From an uncultured Gammaproteobacteria bacterium (GTDB lineage Bacteria; Patescibacteriota; Patescibacteriia; JAHIZJ01), in NCBI GenBank assembly GCA_964371245.1, contig CAYJKP010000001.1:187042-251041 (forward strand): a DNA stretch of 64,000 nt, in the 5' to 3' direction. This document shows, one piece after another, positions 27,135-38,567 of the stretch. The position numbers and the translations under genes were made by a program. Under the pieces are notes generated by a model. It was not told the origin of the DNA. It searched no databases and worked only from the letters and a program-made list of their open reading frames with translations. Each line of letters begins with the position of its first letter. Position 1 is the first letter of the stretch.

Positions 27135-27833
27135 ATGACAGAACGGACTCAAAGGCTCTTACGAGCAATCATTACCGAATATATTCAAAATCCCCATCCG
27201 ATCGGCTCTCATGTTATTGTTGAAAAATATCTGAAGGACGTCAGCTCGGCCACGATCCGAAATGATATGGCGAGGCTGGAGGAGCAGGGGTTCATTGAGC
27301 AGCCCCACACCTCGGCCGGTCGCGTGCCGACGATCAAGGCGTATGAATATTACGTGGCGAATTTTCTGTCTCGGCCCGGACTCGACAAGGCGGAACAGCA
27401 AAAATTACGCCGGGTTTTGGCCCAGCATCACGGGGAAGCGGCCCAGCTCATCCGCGAACTGGCCAAGGCGGTTGCAGATGTCAGCTTGGCGGCGGTCTTC
27501 GTCGGATTTTCGCCCCGGGACGCGTATTACACCGGTTTGTCGAATCTCTTTCGTCAGCCGGAGTTTTCCGAGATCGATCTGGTCCAGAATTTTTCTGAAA
27601 TCGTCGACCACCTCGACGAGGTAATGGAAGACTTATTTCCCCGGGTGACCGATCGAGTTGAGATCCTGCTCGGCAAACACAATCCCTTCGGAACCACCTG
27701 CGGCGCGCTCGTGACAAAATACACCCTTGGTAAGAATCAAAACGGCATGTTTGGCATTCTCGGACCGATCCGGATGCCCTATGACCGCCATCGCGCCTTA
27801 CTGGAATACACCTGTAGCTTACTACATAAATAG
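27135..27833 (+). CDS. hrcA: Heat-inducible transcription repressor HrcA (short form)
   Basis: N-terminal wHTH LTERQQRLLRAIIxEYI-like (MTERTQRLLRAIITEYIQ). 232 aa, shorter than the typical 340. Genomic context is CIRCE/grpE/dnaK. Confidence 0.8.
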   Translation: MTERTQRLLRAIITEYIQNPHPIGSHVIVEKYLKDVSSATIRNDMARLEEQGFIEQPHTSAGRVPTIKAYEYYVANFLSRPGLDKAEQQKLRRVLAQHHGEAAQLIRELAKAVADVSLAAVFVGFSPRDAYYTGLSNLFRQPEFSEIDLVQNFSEIVDHLDEVMEDLFPRVTDRVEILLGKHNPFGTTCGALVTKYTLGKNQNGMFGILGPIRMPYDRHRALLEYTCSLLHK

Positions 27834-27841
27834 CATCATTC

Positions 27842-28369
27842 ATGACAGATCAGAAAAGCCAACCGGCACCGTCCGATAACCAGCCCAACGAGACAGCCCA
27901 AACCGAGGTTGAGCGCTTGCGGCAGCAGGCGGAGGAATATTTGAACGGTTGGAAACGGGCCAAGGCCGACTACGCCAATTTGCAGAAAGAAACGGAACGG
28001 CGGCAAAGCGAGTTTATCCAATTTGCCAATGCCGCATTAATCCACGAACTCTTACCGTTGGTCGATCATTTCAAGCAAGCATTTAAACATCTACCGGCGG
28101 AACTCAATGATTCCGAGTGGGTGAAGGGAATCCGACATATCCAGACGCATCTGAATAAAGTATTGGCTGAACACGGCATCCAGGAAATACGCACCAGCGG
28201 TGAAAAATTTGACCCGACGCGACACGAAGCGGTCGAGGAGGTCGAGAGCGATCAACCGGCCGGCACCATTATCGAAGAGCTGAAAACCGGATTCCTGCTG
28301 CACGATCGCGTGCTTCAGGCCGCCCGGGTGAAGATAGCGAAGTCTCATAAAGAAAAACATAATAATTAA
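27842..28369 (+). CDS. grpE: Nucleotide exchange factor GrpE
   Basis: 175 aa. Coiled-coil N-terminus plus C-terminal beta-domain (RHEAVEEVESD...GFLLHDRVLQAARV). Confidence 0.85.
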   Translation: MTDQKSQPAPSDNQPNETAQTEVERLRQQAEEYLNGWKRAKADYANLQKETERRQSEFIQFANAALIHELLPLVDHFKQAFKHLPAELNDSEWVKGIRHIQTHLNKVLAEHGIQEIRTSGEKFDPTRHEAVEEVESDQPAGTIIEELKTGFLLHDRVLQAARVKIAKSHKEKHNN

Positions 28370-28387
28370 TCCAAGGAGAAAACACCT

Positions 28388-28819
28388 ATGGCAATGATTC
28401 GATGGCGTCCGCTGCTCGAGCCAGGCGATGACATGGAGCGCTGGCTGGAGGAATTTACGCCGTTCCACCGCGGTGCTTTTGTCCCGGCGATCGACGTCTA
28501 TCAGACAAAAGACGCCGTCGTGGTCGAAACCACCCTCGCGGGCGTCCGACCCGAAGACGTCAATATCTCGATTGAGAATGACATCATGACGATCGAGGGC
28601 AGCATGGAGAAAAAGAGCGAAGTTGAAGACCAGGAATATTATCGGAAGGAAATCCGCTCCGGCTCGTTCCACCGCTCCGTCGCCCTGCCGACATCGGTAA
28701 AAGGGGACAAGGCGCAGGCGGTCTATGACAACGGCGTTCTCAAGATCACTGTTCCGAAAGAAGAGCGCGTCAAGCCGAAGACGGTCAAGGTCCAGGTAAA
28801 ATCAAGCCCAAAGAAATAG
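28388..28819 (+). CDS. Small heat-shock protein (Hsp20/alpha-crystallin family)
   Basis: 143 aa. Alpha-crystallin domain (AIDVYQTKDAVVVETTLAGVRPEDVNISIENDIMTIEG...GVLKITVPK). Confidence 0.85.
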   Translation: MAMIRWRPLLEPGDDMERWLEEFTPFHRGAFVPAIDVYQTKDAVVVETTLAGVRPEDVNISIENDIMTIEGSMEKKSEVEDQEYYRKEIRSGSFHRSVALPTSVKGDKAQAVYDNGVLKITVPKEERVKPKTVKVQVKSSPKK

Positions 28820-29112
28820 TCGTTCAATAGCCCTTCCCGTTTCATGTTCTATGAAAGGGAGGGGCGACCGGATGATTATTAACAGCCAAGACAATGAAAA
28901 AATCAACAGGCAGCTGGAAAAAAGAGCGGACCACCGGCCGCAAATACAGCCATTCGGACGCCCACCGAGAGCCGCGGGCCCGCACCCGGAGCAAAATCTG
29001 GGTATCTGGCTACAGCGTCAAAGGCGGCCAGATTGACGGGTATTTCCGGGCCAATCCCAATTTTAAAAAATCTGCGAAATAGCAGCTAACTAGCATTAAG
29101 GAGAATTAAGCA

Positions 29113-31005
<1,893 letters not shown>

Positions 31006-31020
31006 TTTAATTCCCATAAT

Positions 31021-31046
31021 GTAGGCGACCTTTAAAGGTCGCCTAC
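31021..31046. terminator. Perfect 10-bp palindrome gtaggcgacc-TTTAAA-ggtcgcctac after dnaK
   Basis: Perfect inverted repeat 15 nt after the dnaK stop, with no U-tract. Core aggcga.cc/gg.tcgcct is shared with 22259-22290. Confidence 0.45.
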
Positions 31047-31067
31047 GAGAGTGATTATCATCTTGTC

Positions 31068-31088
31068 ACCCTGAACTTGTTTCAGGGT
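31068..31088 (+). repeat. Hairpin motif accctgaacttgtttcaggg(t); an identical 20-nt copy is at 8717-8736
   Basis: Exact 20-nt identity between the two loci. 7-8 bp stem with a cttgt loop. Confidence 0.7.
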
Positions 31089-31195
31089 CTCCATAACCAC
31101 AAACGTAGTAATGAGATGCCGAAACGAGTTCGGCATGACAGTATCGTGATATTGATTCACGCGGTAAATACGAATGGTTAATTAACGAAATTATT

Positions 31196-31510
31196 ATGCC
31201 CAACCAACCCCAACCCAACCAACAGCCAAACTCCCGCCAGATCCAGATCAAGGTCACGGATGACGTGATGCGCGGTGTGTACGCGAACGCGATGTCCGTG
31301 GTACACTCAAAGGAGGAATTCACGCTCGACTTCATGAACATCTACCCGCACCAGGGCGCCGGGATCGTGACCGGCCGGATGATTATTTCACCGGGACACA
31401 TGAAGCGCATCCAGGCCGCGCTCCAGGACAATATCAAGAAATACGAGAACCAATTCGGCAAGATCGAGGAAGCCCAGGCGCCCGAACCGATGGGTTTCAA
31501 GACCGCCTAA
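31196..31510 (+). CDS. Hypothetical small protein within the heat-shock cluster
   Basis: 104 aa with a Pro/Gln/Asn-rich N-terminus. No motif. Confidence 0.45.
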   Translation: MPNQPQPNQQPNSRQIQIKVTDDVMRGVYANAMSVVHSKEEFTLDFMNIYPHQGAGIVTGRMIISPGHMKRIQAALQDNIKKYENQFGKIEEAQAPEPMGFKTA

Positions 31511-31537
31511 ACGGGTAAATAACAAAAAAGTAAATCC

Positions 31538-32686
31538 ATGCGCACCCAAGAAATTGCGAAGTTGTCAGGCTTGAGCGCGGCGTCATTTATCGCGGCGCTG
31601 ATTGCCGGATTTCTGCTTGATAGCGTTTTTTCGAAACTCAACCTGACGCTGGCCGTCCCGTCAATCACGATAATTGTCAATTTTCTTCTGGCGCTTTTGT
31701 TCTACTTTTGGGCGATCGCGCTTTTCGGCATCCTGTCAGCATTGGAAAGTCAGCGATACTTTCTGCTCGGTCTATCATTCGGGTTGCCAGTGACGATTTT
31801 TATCGCCTTGGGCGTGAATCTATACACGGCCATCGGCGCGGGCCTGTTGTTTCTCGGTCTGATCCAATACGGTTTGAAGGTGCGGCAGGAACGTCAGGAG
31901 CGGCTGAAGGTCGGGATCAATAAATTTATTCGGCACGGCCTCGGGGCTTGTATTAGCACGCTGTTGCTGGCTATTTCTCTAAGCTTCTATGGCGCGATTG
32001 CCACCCAGGGATCCGAGCAGCTCGATCCGGTGGTTGTCACCTCGCGCATGGCGGCGAACGGACTGAACCAGTACTTGACGATGAAGCTGAAGGGGTATGA
32101 TCCGGACATGACCGTCGACGAGTTCGTTTTTCTCATTGTTACCCAAGATATCCAGCCGGCCAAGGAAGTAAGCGCCCAAACGGTCCCGGGTTTGCCGGCC
32201 GCTGACAAGGGCGATACGTTTTTCGGGATCGACATCAACGAGCTGACCAAGGACCTGCAAAATATCCCGATCGATGAAATAAAGCAAAAACTGCCGGCCG
32301 ATTATCTTGAGCGGATCCAGCAGGACCCAGCCTATGTCCAACAAATCTTTCAGACGTTCCAGAGCGATGTGATCGGCCAGCAAATCGCCATCTCAAGGGA
32401 TAATTTATTGAAGACGCTCCACGTCCAGGCCGAGGGAACGGATCCGATCGGCACGGTTTTGGAAAAGGTAATCGCGGTCCAGTTAAATGATTTGTTCCGG
32501 CCGTTCAAGTACTTGCTCCCGCCGATTTTGGCTCTGACCCTGTATTTCGCCTTGCAGATATTCGGCTTCATCTACAGCTGGATTGTCCATCTCTTCGCCA
32601 TGGTGGCGTATTATATTCTAAAATGGCTGAACTTCTTCCAGATCAAACGGGAAAAGAAAGACGCGGAAGTGATCAGTTTAAGCTAG
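31538..32686 (+). CDS. Hypothetical membrane protein within the heat-shock cluster
   Basis: 382 aa. About 5 N-terminal TMs, a central soluble region and 2 C-terminal TMs. Confidence 0.5.
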   Translation: MRTQEIAKLSGLSAASFIAALIAGFLLDSVFSKLNLTLAVPSITIIVNFLLALLFYFWAIALFGILSALESQRYFLLGLSFGLPVTIFIALGVNLYTAIGAGLLFLGLIQYGLKVRQERQERLKVGINKFIRHGLGACISTLLLAISLSFYGAIATQGSEQLDPVVVTSRMAANGLNQYLTMKLKGYDPDMTVDEFVFLIVTQDIQPAKEVSAQTVPGLPAADKGDTFFGIDINELTKDLQNIPIDEIKQKLPADYLERIQQDPAYVQQIFQTFQSDVIGQQIAISRDNLLKTLHVQAEGTDPIGTVLEKVIAVQLNDLFRPFKYLLPPILALTLYFALQIFGFIYSWIVHLFAMVAYYILKWLNFFQIKREKKDAEVISLS

Positions 32687-32689
32687 CCT

Positions 32690-33784
32690 ATGTCAAAAGA
32701 TTATTATGAAATATTAGGCGTTTCGCGCGACGCTTCAGCGGCTGAAATAAAAGCCGCCTACCACAAACTAGCCCACCAGCACCATCCGGACAAAGCCGGT
32801 GGGGATGAAGCGAAATTCAAGGAAATCAACGAGGCGTACCAAGTACTCTCAAATTCCGAGAAGCGCCAGCGCTACGATCAATTCGGCCAGTCATTCGACG
32901 GGTCGCAAGGTTTTAATTGGCAGGATTTCGCCCAGGGCCAGAACGGTTCCGGCGGGTACCGGACAAACGTAAATTTTGAAGACCTGGGCTTCGGCGATTT
33001 GGGAGATATTTTCGGCAGCTTTTTCGGCGGCGGCGGCTCGCGCCGGACGCGGACGAAACGCGGCAATGATCTCGAAGTCAGCGTGACGCTGGATTTTAAG
33101 GAAGCTGTTTTCGGCACGACGCAGACATTGCGGCTCTATAAAACCGTGATCTGCGATCACTGTTCCGGTAACGGCGCTGAACCGGGCACAAAGATCGAAA
33201 CCTGCCCGACCTGCCATGGCGCCGGACAGGTCCAGCAGATACAGTCGACCGTGTTCGGACAATTCCGCACAGCGACGGTCTGCCCGGATTGCCGGGGCGA
33301 GGGCAAGCGCGCCAGCCAGAAGTGCAAGAAATGCCACGGCAGCGGAACCATGAAAGACCATGAATCGCTCGAGGTAAAGATACCGGCTGGAATCGCCGAT
33401 GGTCAGTCAATCCGCTTGTCCGGCCGTGGCGAAGCCGGCGCCCACGGCGGTGGGCTCGGCGATCTCTACATCCGGGTACGAGTCAGGGAGGACAAAGATT
33501 TTGCCCGCCAGGGCGATGACATACTCTCGACGCTCGAGATACCCTACACGATCGCTGCGCTGGGCGGCAAGGTCGACTTGCCGACAGTAGACGGCGAGGT
33601 CAGATTAACCATACCGTCCGGCACGCCGTCGGGTAAAGTGTTCCGCGTGCGCGATCACGGGGTTCATCGGCTCCACGGCCGCGGCCGGGGCGATCACCTC
33701 GTCACGGTCCACGTCCGGGTGCCAAAACACCTCTCGTCGCGGGCGAAGCAAATTCTCGAAGACCTGTCAGCGGAAGGGGAATAA
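32690..33784 (+). CDS. dnaJ: Chaperone DnaJ
   Basis: J-domain (YYEILGVSRDAS...HPDK), G/F region, four CxxCxGxG zinc-finger repeats. Confidence 0.9.
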   Translation: MSKDYYEILGVSRDASAAEIKAAYHKLAHQHHPDKAGGDEAKFKEINEAYQVLSNSEKRQRYDQFGQSFDGSQGFNWQDFAQGQNGSGGYRTNVNFEDLGFGDLGDIFGSFFGGGGSRRTRTKRGNDLEVSVTLDFKEAVFGTTQTLRLYKTVICDHCSGNGAEPGTKIETCPTCHGAGQVQQIQSTVFGQFRTATVCPDCRGEGKRASQKCKKCHGSGTMKDHESLEVKIPAGIADGQSIRLSGRGEAGAHGGGLGDLYIRVRVREDKDFARQGDDILSTLEIPYTIAALGGKVDLPTVDGEVRLTIPSGTPSGKVFRVRDHGVHRLHGRGRGDHLVTVHVRVPKHLSSRAKQILEDLSAEGE

Positions 33785-33846
33785 GGATTGTTGGCTTGGG
33801 TCGGCGGTGGTATACTGACAGCAAGCAGACAATTCAATAACAAACA

Positions 33847-34899
33847 ATGAAGACAATTTTTAGGACGTTGGCTTTTGCGCTCGTCATCATCATCGGCGCT
33901 TTTTTTGTTTTCGCGTATGCCCGCCGGGCTGATATTGCCGAGGTACAGGACAGCGATTTACGAAAAGATCAGCCAGTCGTGGCCGAGGCTGATAATGCCT
34001 ATCCACTCGTCGTAAAAATTCAGCCAGATATCACGATTTCACAGGATGATTTTAACTGGATCGAGTCAGTGTTAGCAGGCAAGGACTGGGACGAGAAACG
34101 GGTAAACGACATAATAATGTCTCAAGCTGTTGCGTTAAATGCCTTTGATAGCATCTCACAAAAAAGGGCATACCAATACAGCCAAGCCGATCTGGAAAAT
34201 GGCGGAGGCCTGCTCGGTCCCAGCCGCCGGATAGCCGATCTGGCGTTATTACGCGGCCTGCAACTCGAGAAAGAAGGCAAATTTAACGAAGCGTTCCAGC
34301 TCTCGGAGAAAGCATTGGCTTTCAGCCAGGCCGTCGTCGGTTCGAGCAATTCCCTGATTCAGTACATGGTTGGAGCGGTCATGAAAAAAACTGCCTTATC
34401 CAGGCTGCAAGTGCTGATAAACACAAACCAGTTATCCTACGAATTTTTAAATCAAGAAGCGGCGACGATCAGCAATTATCGTGACGACCTTCCCGGCCTA
34501 CAGGTGGGTTTGAGAGGCGAATATAGCCTTAGTGCCAGCTGGGCTGAGAGCGATCCAAACTTTGCCCGAGACGCGGGAATATTTCCAAAAATGTTTTATA
34601 CCCGAAGCTACTATTGGAAGCCAAAAATGACCTTGCAGCAAAAGGCGGAGCAAATGCGGATCATTATAAAAAACGTCGGTACTGCTTGCGGTAACAACCA
34701 TCGTGAATTTATCGTGCAGCCAGGCTTGTTTCCGGTTTCAAAGCTGTCGTACCCGTTTACTGAAAATCTCATTGGCCGGAAGCACGTCGATCTGATGGTC
34801 GACTCAATCAATCAAACCAGCCTGTATGACCGGCGCTGCGAAAACGAAGCGGCTTTTGACAATCTCCAGGCCATAATGATTCGACGGGCCGGTTCCTAG
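33847..34899 (+). CDS. Hypothetical protein with N-terminal membrane anchor
   Basis: 350 aa. One N-terminal TM, then a soluble domain. No motif. Confidence 0.45.
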   Translation: MKTIFRTLAFALVIIIGAFFVFAYARRADIAEVQDSDLRKDQPVVAEADNAYPLVVKIQPDITISQDDFNWIESVLAGKDWDEKRVNDIIMSQAVALNAFDSISQKRAYQYSQADLENGGGLLGPSRRIADLALLRGLQLEKEGKFNEAFQLSEKALAFSQAVVGSSNSLIQYMVGAVMKKTALSRLQVLINTNQLSYEFLNQEAATISNYRDDLPGLQVGLRGEYSLSASWAESDPNFARDAGIFPKMFYTRSYYWKPKMTLQQKAEQMRIIIKNVGTACGNNHREFIVQPGLFPVSKLSYPFTENLIGRKHVDLMVDSINQTSLYDRRCENEAAFDNLQAIMIRRAGS

Positions 34900-34941
34900 G
34901 AAGTATTGACAAAAACCCAATAATAGGCATACAATAGGCGC

Positions 34942-35304
34942 ATGAACGGCCAGACAACCAACACTATAAATCCCGGCTGGCACAGCCGCTGGCACGCATT
35001 CCCGCATCACAACCAAGTGCATTGGCTGGCGTTGGCAGTGATTGTTTGGGCGATGGGTCTGGTGTTCATGGGGCAGATGGTGAGTTTAAAAAACTCCGAC
35101 AAACAATTGGCTCAGGCGGTTGTACTCGGCGAGCGGACATCGCGAACCGCACCAACTCCAAAAACGAATGCCATTCCGGAAGTAAAAGGCGAAACAACCG
35201 GGCCGACTGTAGACGACAGTTCAGCCAATCACGTGTTGCCGTCTGAAGTTAATAAGCAAGATTTTCAGCCGGCCAGGAACATGAATCAACATCTAAAGAA
35301 ATAA
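34942..35304 (+). CDS. Hypothetical small membrane protein
   Basis: 120 aa. His/Trp-rich N-terminus, one TM. Confidence 0.4.
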   Translation: MNGQTTNTINPGWHSRWHAFPHHNQVHWLALAVIVWAMGLVFMGQMVSLKNSDKQLAQAVVLGERTSRTAPTPKTNAIPEVKGETTGPTVDDSSANHVLPSEVNKQDFQPARNMNQHLKK

Positions 35305-35326
35305 ACGATTTCTTTCACTGCGACGT

Positions 35327-35349
35327 AAACCGCCCGGAGCGGTTTTTTT
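35327..35349 (+). terminator. Intrinsic terminator accgc-ccgga-gcggt + T7
   Basis: 5-bp GC stem followed by ttttttt, 22 nt after the stop. Confidence 0.65.
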
Positions 35350-35544
35350 AGTTAAGGCTCAGTCACAAAGCATTGACATTTATAAGATTTCGTGATACAT
35401 TGGCTAGCTTGTTTGGATCAGGAAAGGCCTGGTTGCGAACGAGCGCGTTCTCTAGCGAACGCTTCGGTAGTACGTCTGCCCTTCGGGAGACTCGTGCACG
35501 GCCCGCCAAGCTGCTGCATGGAGCGTACCGGGGTCGGAGGATTT

Positions 35545-36267
35545 ATGCGTGAATCTGATGTAACCACGGGACAGCTGGGGCAGTTCTTTGAGATCAGGGC
35601 GACGTTGGCTCGTTATGACATGCGTGGCCTGCATGATGCGTTTCAAACGTTGCTCGACGCCCACAAGGGTCGTTCCAACAGTCATCGAGTCAAACCGGCA
35701 TTTGCACTGTGGCAGCTCATGCGGCTGCCGGAGTATTCAGGCCCAAACAACTATTTCGACGATTATCTGGAATCGATCCCGGCGGACAAGCTAGTCGTCT
35801 CCAGCGCGCGGGAGCGGACCTTTCGTTACCGCGTACTCGTCGATCCCCGGTACCAGCTTCAGCACTTTCAGCAGCACGGATCCGTCAGCATAGAGACCGG
35901 CATGCTTCTTGATGCTGAGCACGTTACCGTCAGTCCAAAGCCGTATTGGATCGCTTGCGGGTTTGTGGATGCTACCGAGGCATTGCGGTATATCTCTGAA
36001 GCCGCTAAGGATGGTACGAGTCAATTGGTGCGGTCCATGACGGCACTGGAAGGGCTGGCCTGGTTCCGTCAATGCTGGTCGCGACCAACTCTGCCGACGA
36101 AGGAACGGAGATTTAGACTGGCTGGTTCGGTCGGCACGATGGCTGATCTCGAACGGCGTCCTACTGATCTGGTCATCTGCTATCCCAGGGTCAGCTTGGC
36201 TCTGGCCTCAAGGGAACTGAAGCGCCATCTCTGCGGCATTTGTCTGGTGGAACGTACGACCGCATAG
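35545..36267 (+). CDS. Hypothetical protein (about 55% GC) with a long structured leader
   Basis: Start at ATG 35545 (SD GGAGGA 4 nt upstream). The ORF track's 35392 start is a leader extension. 240 aa, no motif. Confidence 0.45.
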   Translation: MRESDVTTGQLGQFFEIRATLARYDMRGLHDAFQTLLDAHKGRSNSHRVKPAFALWQLMRLPEYSGPNNYFDDYLESIPADKLVVSSARERTFRYRVLVDPRYQLQHFQQHGSVSIETGMLLDAEHVTVSPKPYWIACGFVDATEALRYISEAAKDGTSQLVRSMTALEGLAWFRQCWSRPTLPTKERRFRLAGSVGTMADLERRPTDLVICYPRVSLALASRELKRHLCGICLVERTTA

Positions 36268-36294
36268 TAGGGCGGTTTCTGGAACAATCTACTC

Positions 36295-36331
36295 TGGGTG
36301 GACTTACGTAAAGTAAGCCCACCGTTTTTTT
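36295..36331 (+). terminator. Intrinsic terminator (ggtggacttac-gtaa-agtaagcccacc + T7)
   Basis: About 11-bp stem with one mismatch, followed by ttttttt. Confidence 0.65.
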
Positions 36332-36360
36332 ATTATGCAAAACTATAAAAACATGAGTGT

Positions 36361-36389
36361 TTGCGCATAAGTAAAATTTGTGCTATAAT
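36361..36389 (+). promoter_or_regulatory. Promoter TTGCGC-17-(TG)CTATAAT
   Basis: Extended -10 box TGcTATAAT at 36381-36389, -35 at 36361-36366. Confidence 0.45.
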
Positions 36390-36433
36390 AATAAAGTCCG
36401 AAATATCCACCGTTATTATTTCAAACAAAAACA

Positions 36434-36997
36434 ATGATTTTTGCAGCCGCGGCCCAAGTTAACTCCTCATTTATCGCGAATATCGACTGGTCGAAACCAA
36501 GTTGGGATTTGTTCATCATACTGTTTTTTGTGGTCGCGGTGTTTCTGTACGGTTTATCGCTCGGCCGCGATCGCATCGTGGTCATCCTGGTCAGCATTTA
36601 CATGGCCTTGGCCGTGGTTACGACCGCGCCGTACATCGGTAATTTCTCAACTGAGGTAGGGGTCAATCAATTCTTCGTGGTCCGCATTTCGATGTTTCTA
36701 GGCGTCTTTATCCTGCTGTTCCTGCTTTTATCCCGTTCGGCGCTGCTTCAAACCATCGCGGCAGCCGATAAAAAGGGCGGCTTTTTCCAGATTATGGTTT
36801 TCAGTATTCTCCATGTCGGTTTGCTGATCAGCATCACTCTGTCGTTTCTTCCGCCCGATTCAATCAACGGCTTATCGCCGCTGACGCGGACGATTTTTGC
36901 CAGCGAGGTCGGCCGGTTCATTTGGATCGTGGCACCGATCGTGCTGATGATCCTGCTGAAGAGCGAGAAGGACAAGAAGTTCAAATACGACATCTAA
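36434..36997 (+). CDS. Hypothetical polytopic membrane protein
   Basis: 187 aa with 5 predicted TMs. Confidence 0.5.
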   Translation: MIFAAAAQVNSSFIANIDWSKPSWDLFIILFFVVAVFLYGLSLGRDRIVVILVSIYMALAVVTTAPYIGNFSTEVGVNQFFVVRISMFLGVFILLFLLLSRSALLQTIAAADKKGGFFQIMVFSILHVGLLISITLSFLPPDSINGLSPLTRTIFASEVGRFIWIVAPIVLMILLKSEKDKKFKYDI

Positions 36998-37063
36998 GAA
37001 GAAGTTTAGAATATAGAATTCAGAAGGAAAAATTACTGTCGGTGACTGACGTCACCAATATAT

Positions 37064-37097
37064 AAAAAAATGGCCAAGAGGATGGCCGTTTTTTTAT
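37064..37097. terminator. Bidirectional terminator A7-atggcca-agagg-atggccg-T7 between convergent genes
   Basis: A-run/hairpin/T-run symmetric structure. Lies between a + gene ending at 36997 and cysS (-) ending at 37106. Confidence 0.6.
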
Positions 37098-37105
37098 CTG
37101 ACCGT

Positions 37106-38479
37106 TTATTTGCGCTTCAGGCTCGGCCCGGTTGGCGTGTCCTTGATTGCAAAACCGGCCCGCTCTATTTTTTTCCGCAGCACGTCGGCTGTTTTCCAGT
37201 CCTGTTTTAACCGCGCTGTCTCTCGCTGTTTCGCTAAGTCGGATATTTCTGGTGGAATTACCTCGACCGTTTTTTTCAGCTGGTCTAGGCCGAGGCCAAG
37301 GATCGCGTCAAAGCGCAAAAGACTAGCGCGTTTCGCGGCCTCGGGGCAATTTGATTTCAGCATATCCCAGGTTATTGCCAAGCCTTGGGGCGTGTTTAAA
37401 TCGTCGTTGATCGCTGCCGCGAACGCCTCTTCGAAATCGGAGCAGCGCCCTTTGGCTGCGGGCATTTCCCTGACGCGATCGCGCAGCCGGTTCAAGGCGG
37501 TCTGGGCCGCGTCTAACCCATTCCAGGTGAAGTCGAGCTTGGCCCGGTAGTGAGCCAAGAGGCAATAGTATCGGAAAGCAATCGGATCATAGCCACCTTC
37601 TTTTAGCGAGTCGAGAGTAATGAAATTGCCGGTTGACTTAGCCATTTTGCCTTCATACAGCTGAAGGAAATCGCTATGCAGCCAGTATTTTACGAATGGT
37701 TTTCCGGTCGCGGCTTCGGACTGGGCGATCTCGTTCGTATGATGGACGGGAATATGGTCGACGCCACCGGCATGTATATCAAACGTTTCACCGAGATATT
37801 TCATGCTCATGGCCGAGCACTCGATATGCCAGCCAGGAAAACCGACGCCCCATGGGGACGGCCATTCCATCTGGCGCCGCGAGTTTTTCGGCGAAAACTT
37901 CCAGAGTGCGAAGTCCGTCGGATTTTTTTTGGCGCTATTCTTCTTTACCCGGGCGCCTTCTTTCAGTCCCTTGACATCGAGCCTGGCTAAATCGCCGTAG
38001 TGCGGAAATTTCGACGTGTCAAAGTAGACGCCGTCAGCGGTGGTATACGTAAAGCCCTTCTTTTCCAGCCGCTGGATCAGGGCGATTTGTTCCGGGATGT
38101 GTTCAGTGGCTTTCGCCCAAATTGTCGGCTCGAGGATATTTAGCTCGATGAGATTTTGTTTGAAGACCTTCGTGTAATATTCGGCGATTTCGGCAGCCGT
38201 TTTGCCTTCGCGTTTGGCGCCAAGTTCCATCTTGTCTTCGCCCTCGTCAGCGTCCGAGGTGAGGTGGCCGACATCGGTAATGTTCATGACGTGCCGAACC
38301 GAATATCCGTCAAAGAGCAGAACACGCTTCAAGACGTCTTCGAAGAGGTAGGTACGGAGATTTCCGATATGGGCGTAATTGTAGACGGTTAAGCCGCAGG
38401 TGTATAAACCAACCCGCTTTTTCGTAAGCGGTGTAAAGGCTTCTTTTTTTCGGGTCAGGGTATTGAAGAGTGTTAGCAT
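37106..38479 (-). CDS. cysS: Cysteinyl-tRNA synthetase
   Basis: HIGN (HIGH-class) motif, KMAKSTGN (KMSKS) and the zinc-binding Cys pattern. 457 aa. Confidence 0.9.
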   Translation of the reverse strand: MLTLFNTLTRKKEAFTPLTKKRVGLYTCGLTVYNYAHIGNLRTYLFEDVLKRVLLFDGYSVRHVMNITDVGHLTSDADEGEDKMELGAKREGKTAAEIAEYYTKVFKQNLIELNILEPTIWAKATEHIPEQIALIQRLEKKGFTYTTADGVYFDTSKFPHYGDLARLDVKGLKEGARVKKNSAKKNPTDFALWKFSPKNSRRQMEWPSPWGVGFPGWHIECSAMSMKYLGETFDIHAGGVDHIPVHHTNEIAQSEAATGKPFVKYWLHSDFLQLYEGKMAKSTGNFITLDSLKEGGYDPIAFRYYCLLAHYRAKLDFTWNGLDAAQTALNRLRDRVREMPAAKGRCSDFEEAFAAAINDDLNTPQGLAITWDMLKSNCPEAAKRASLLRFDAILGLGLDQLKKTVEVIPPEISDLAKQRETARLKQDWKTADVLRKKIERAGFAIKDTPTGPSLKRK

Positions 38480-38507
38480 CGCGCCTATAGTGTAGCAATT
38501 TTACGCT

Positions 38508-38535
38508 AATAAAAAAAGCCCCCTCGGCGAGGCGG
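38508..38535 (-). terminator. Intrinsic terminator of the AAA+/CorA operon (minus strand)
   Basis: Minus strand reads gccgcctcgccgagggggc followed by T7 (plus strand aaaaaaagccccctcggcgaggcggc). Confidence 0.5.
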
Positions 38536-38567
38536 CAAGATGCAAAGTCAACCGCAGGTGCCAGCGG

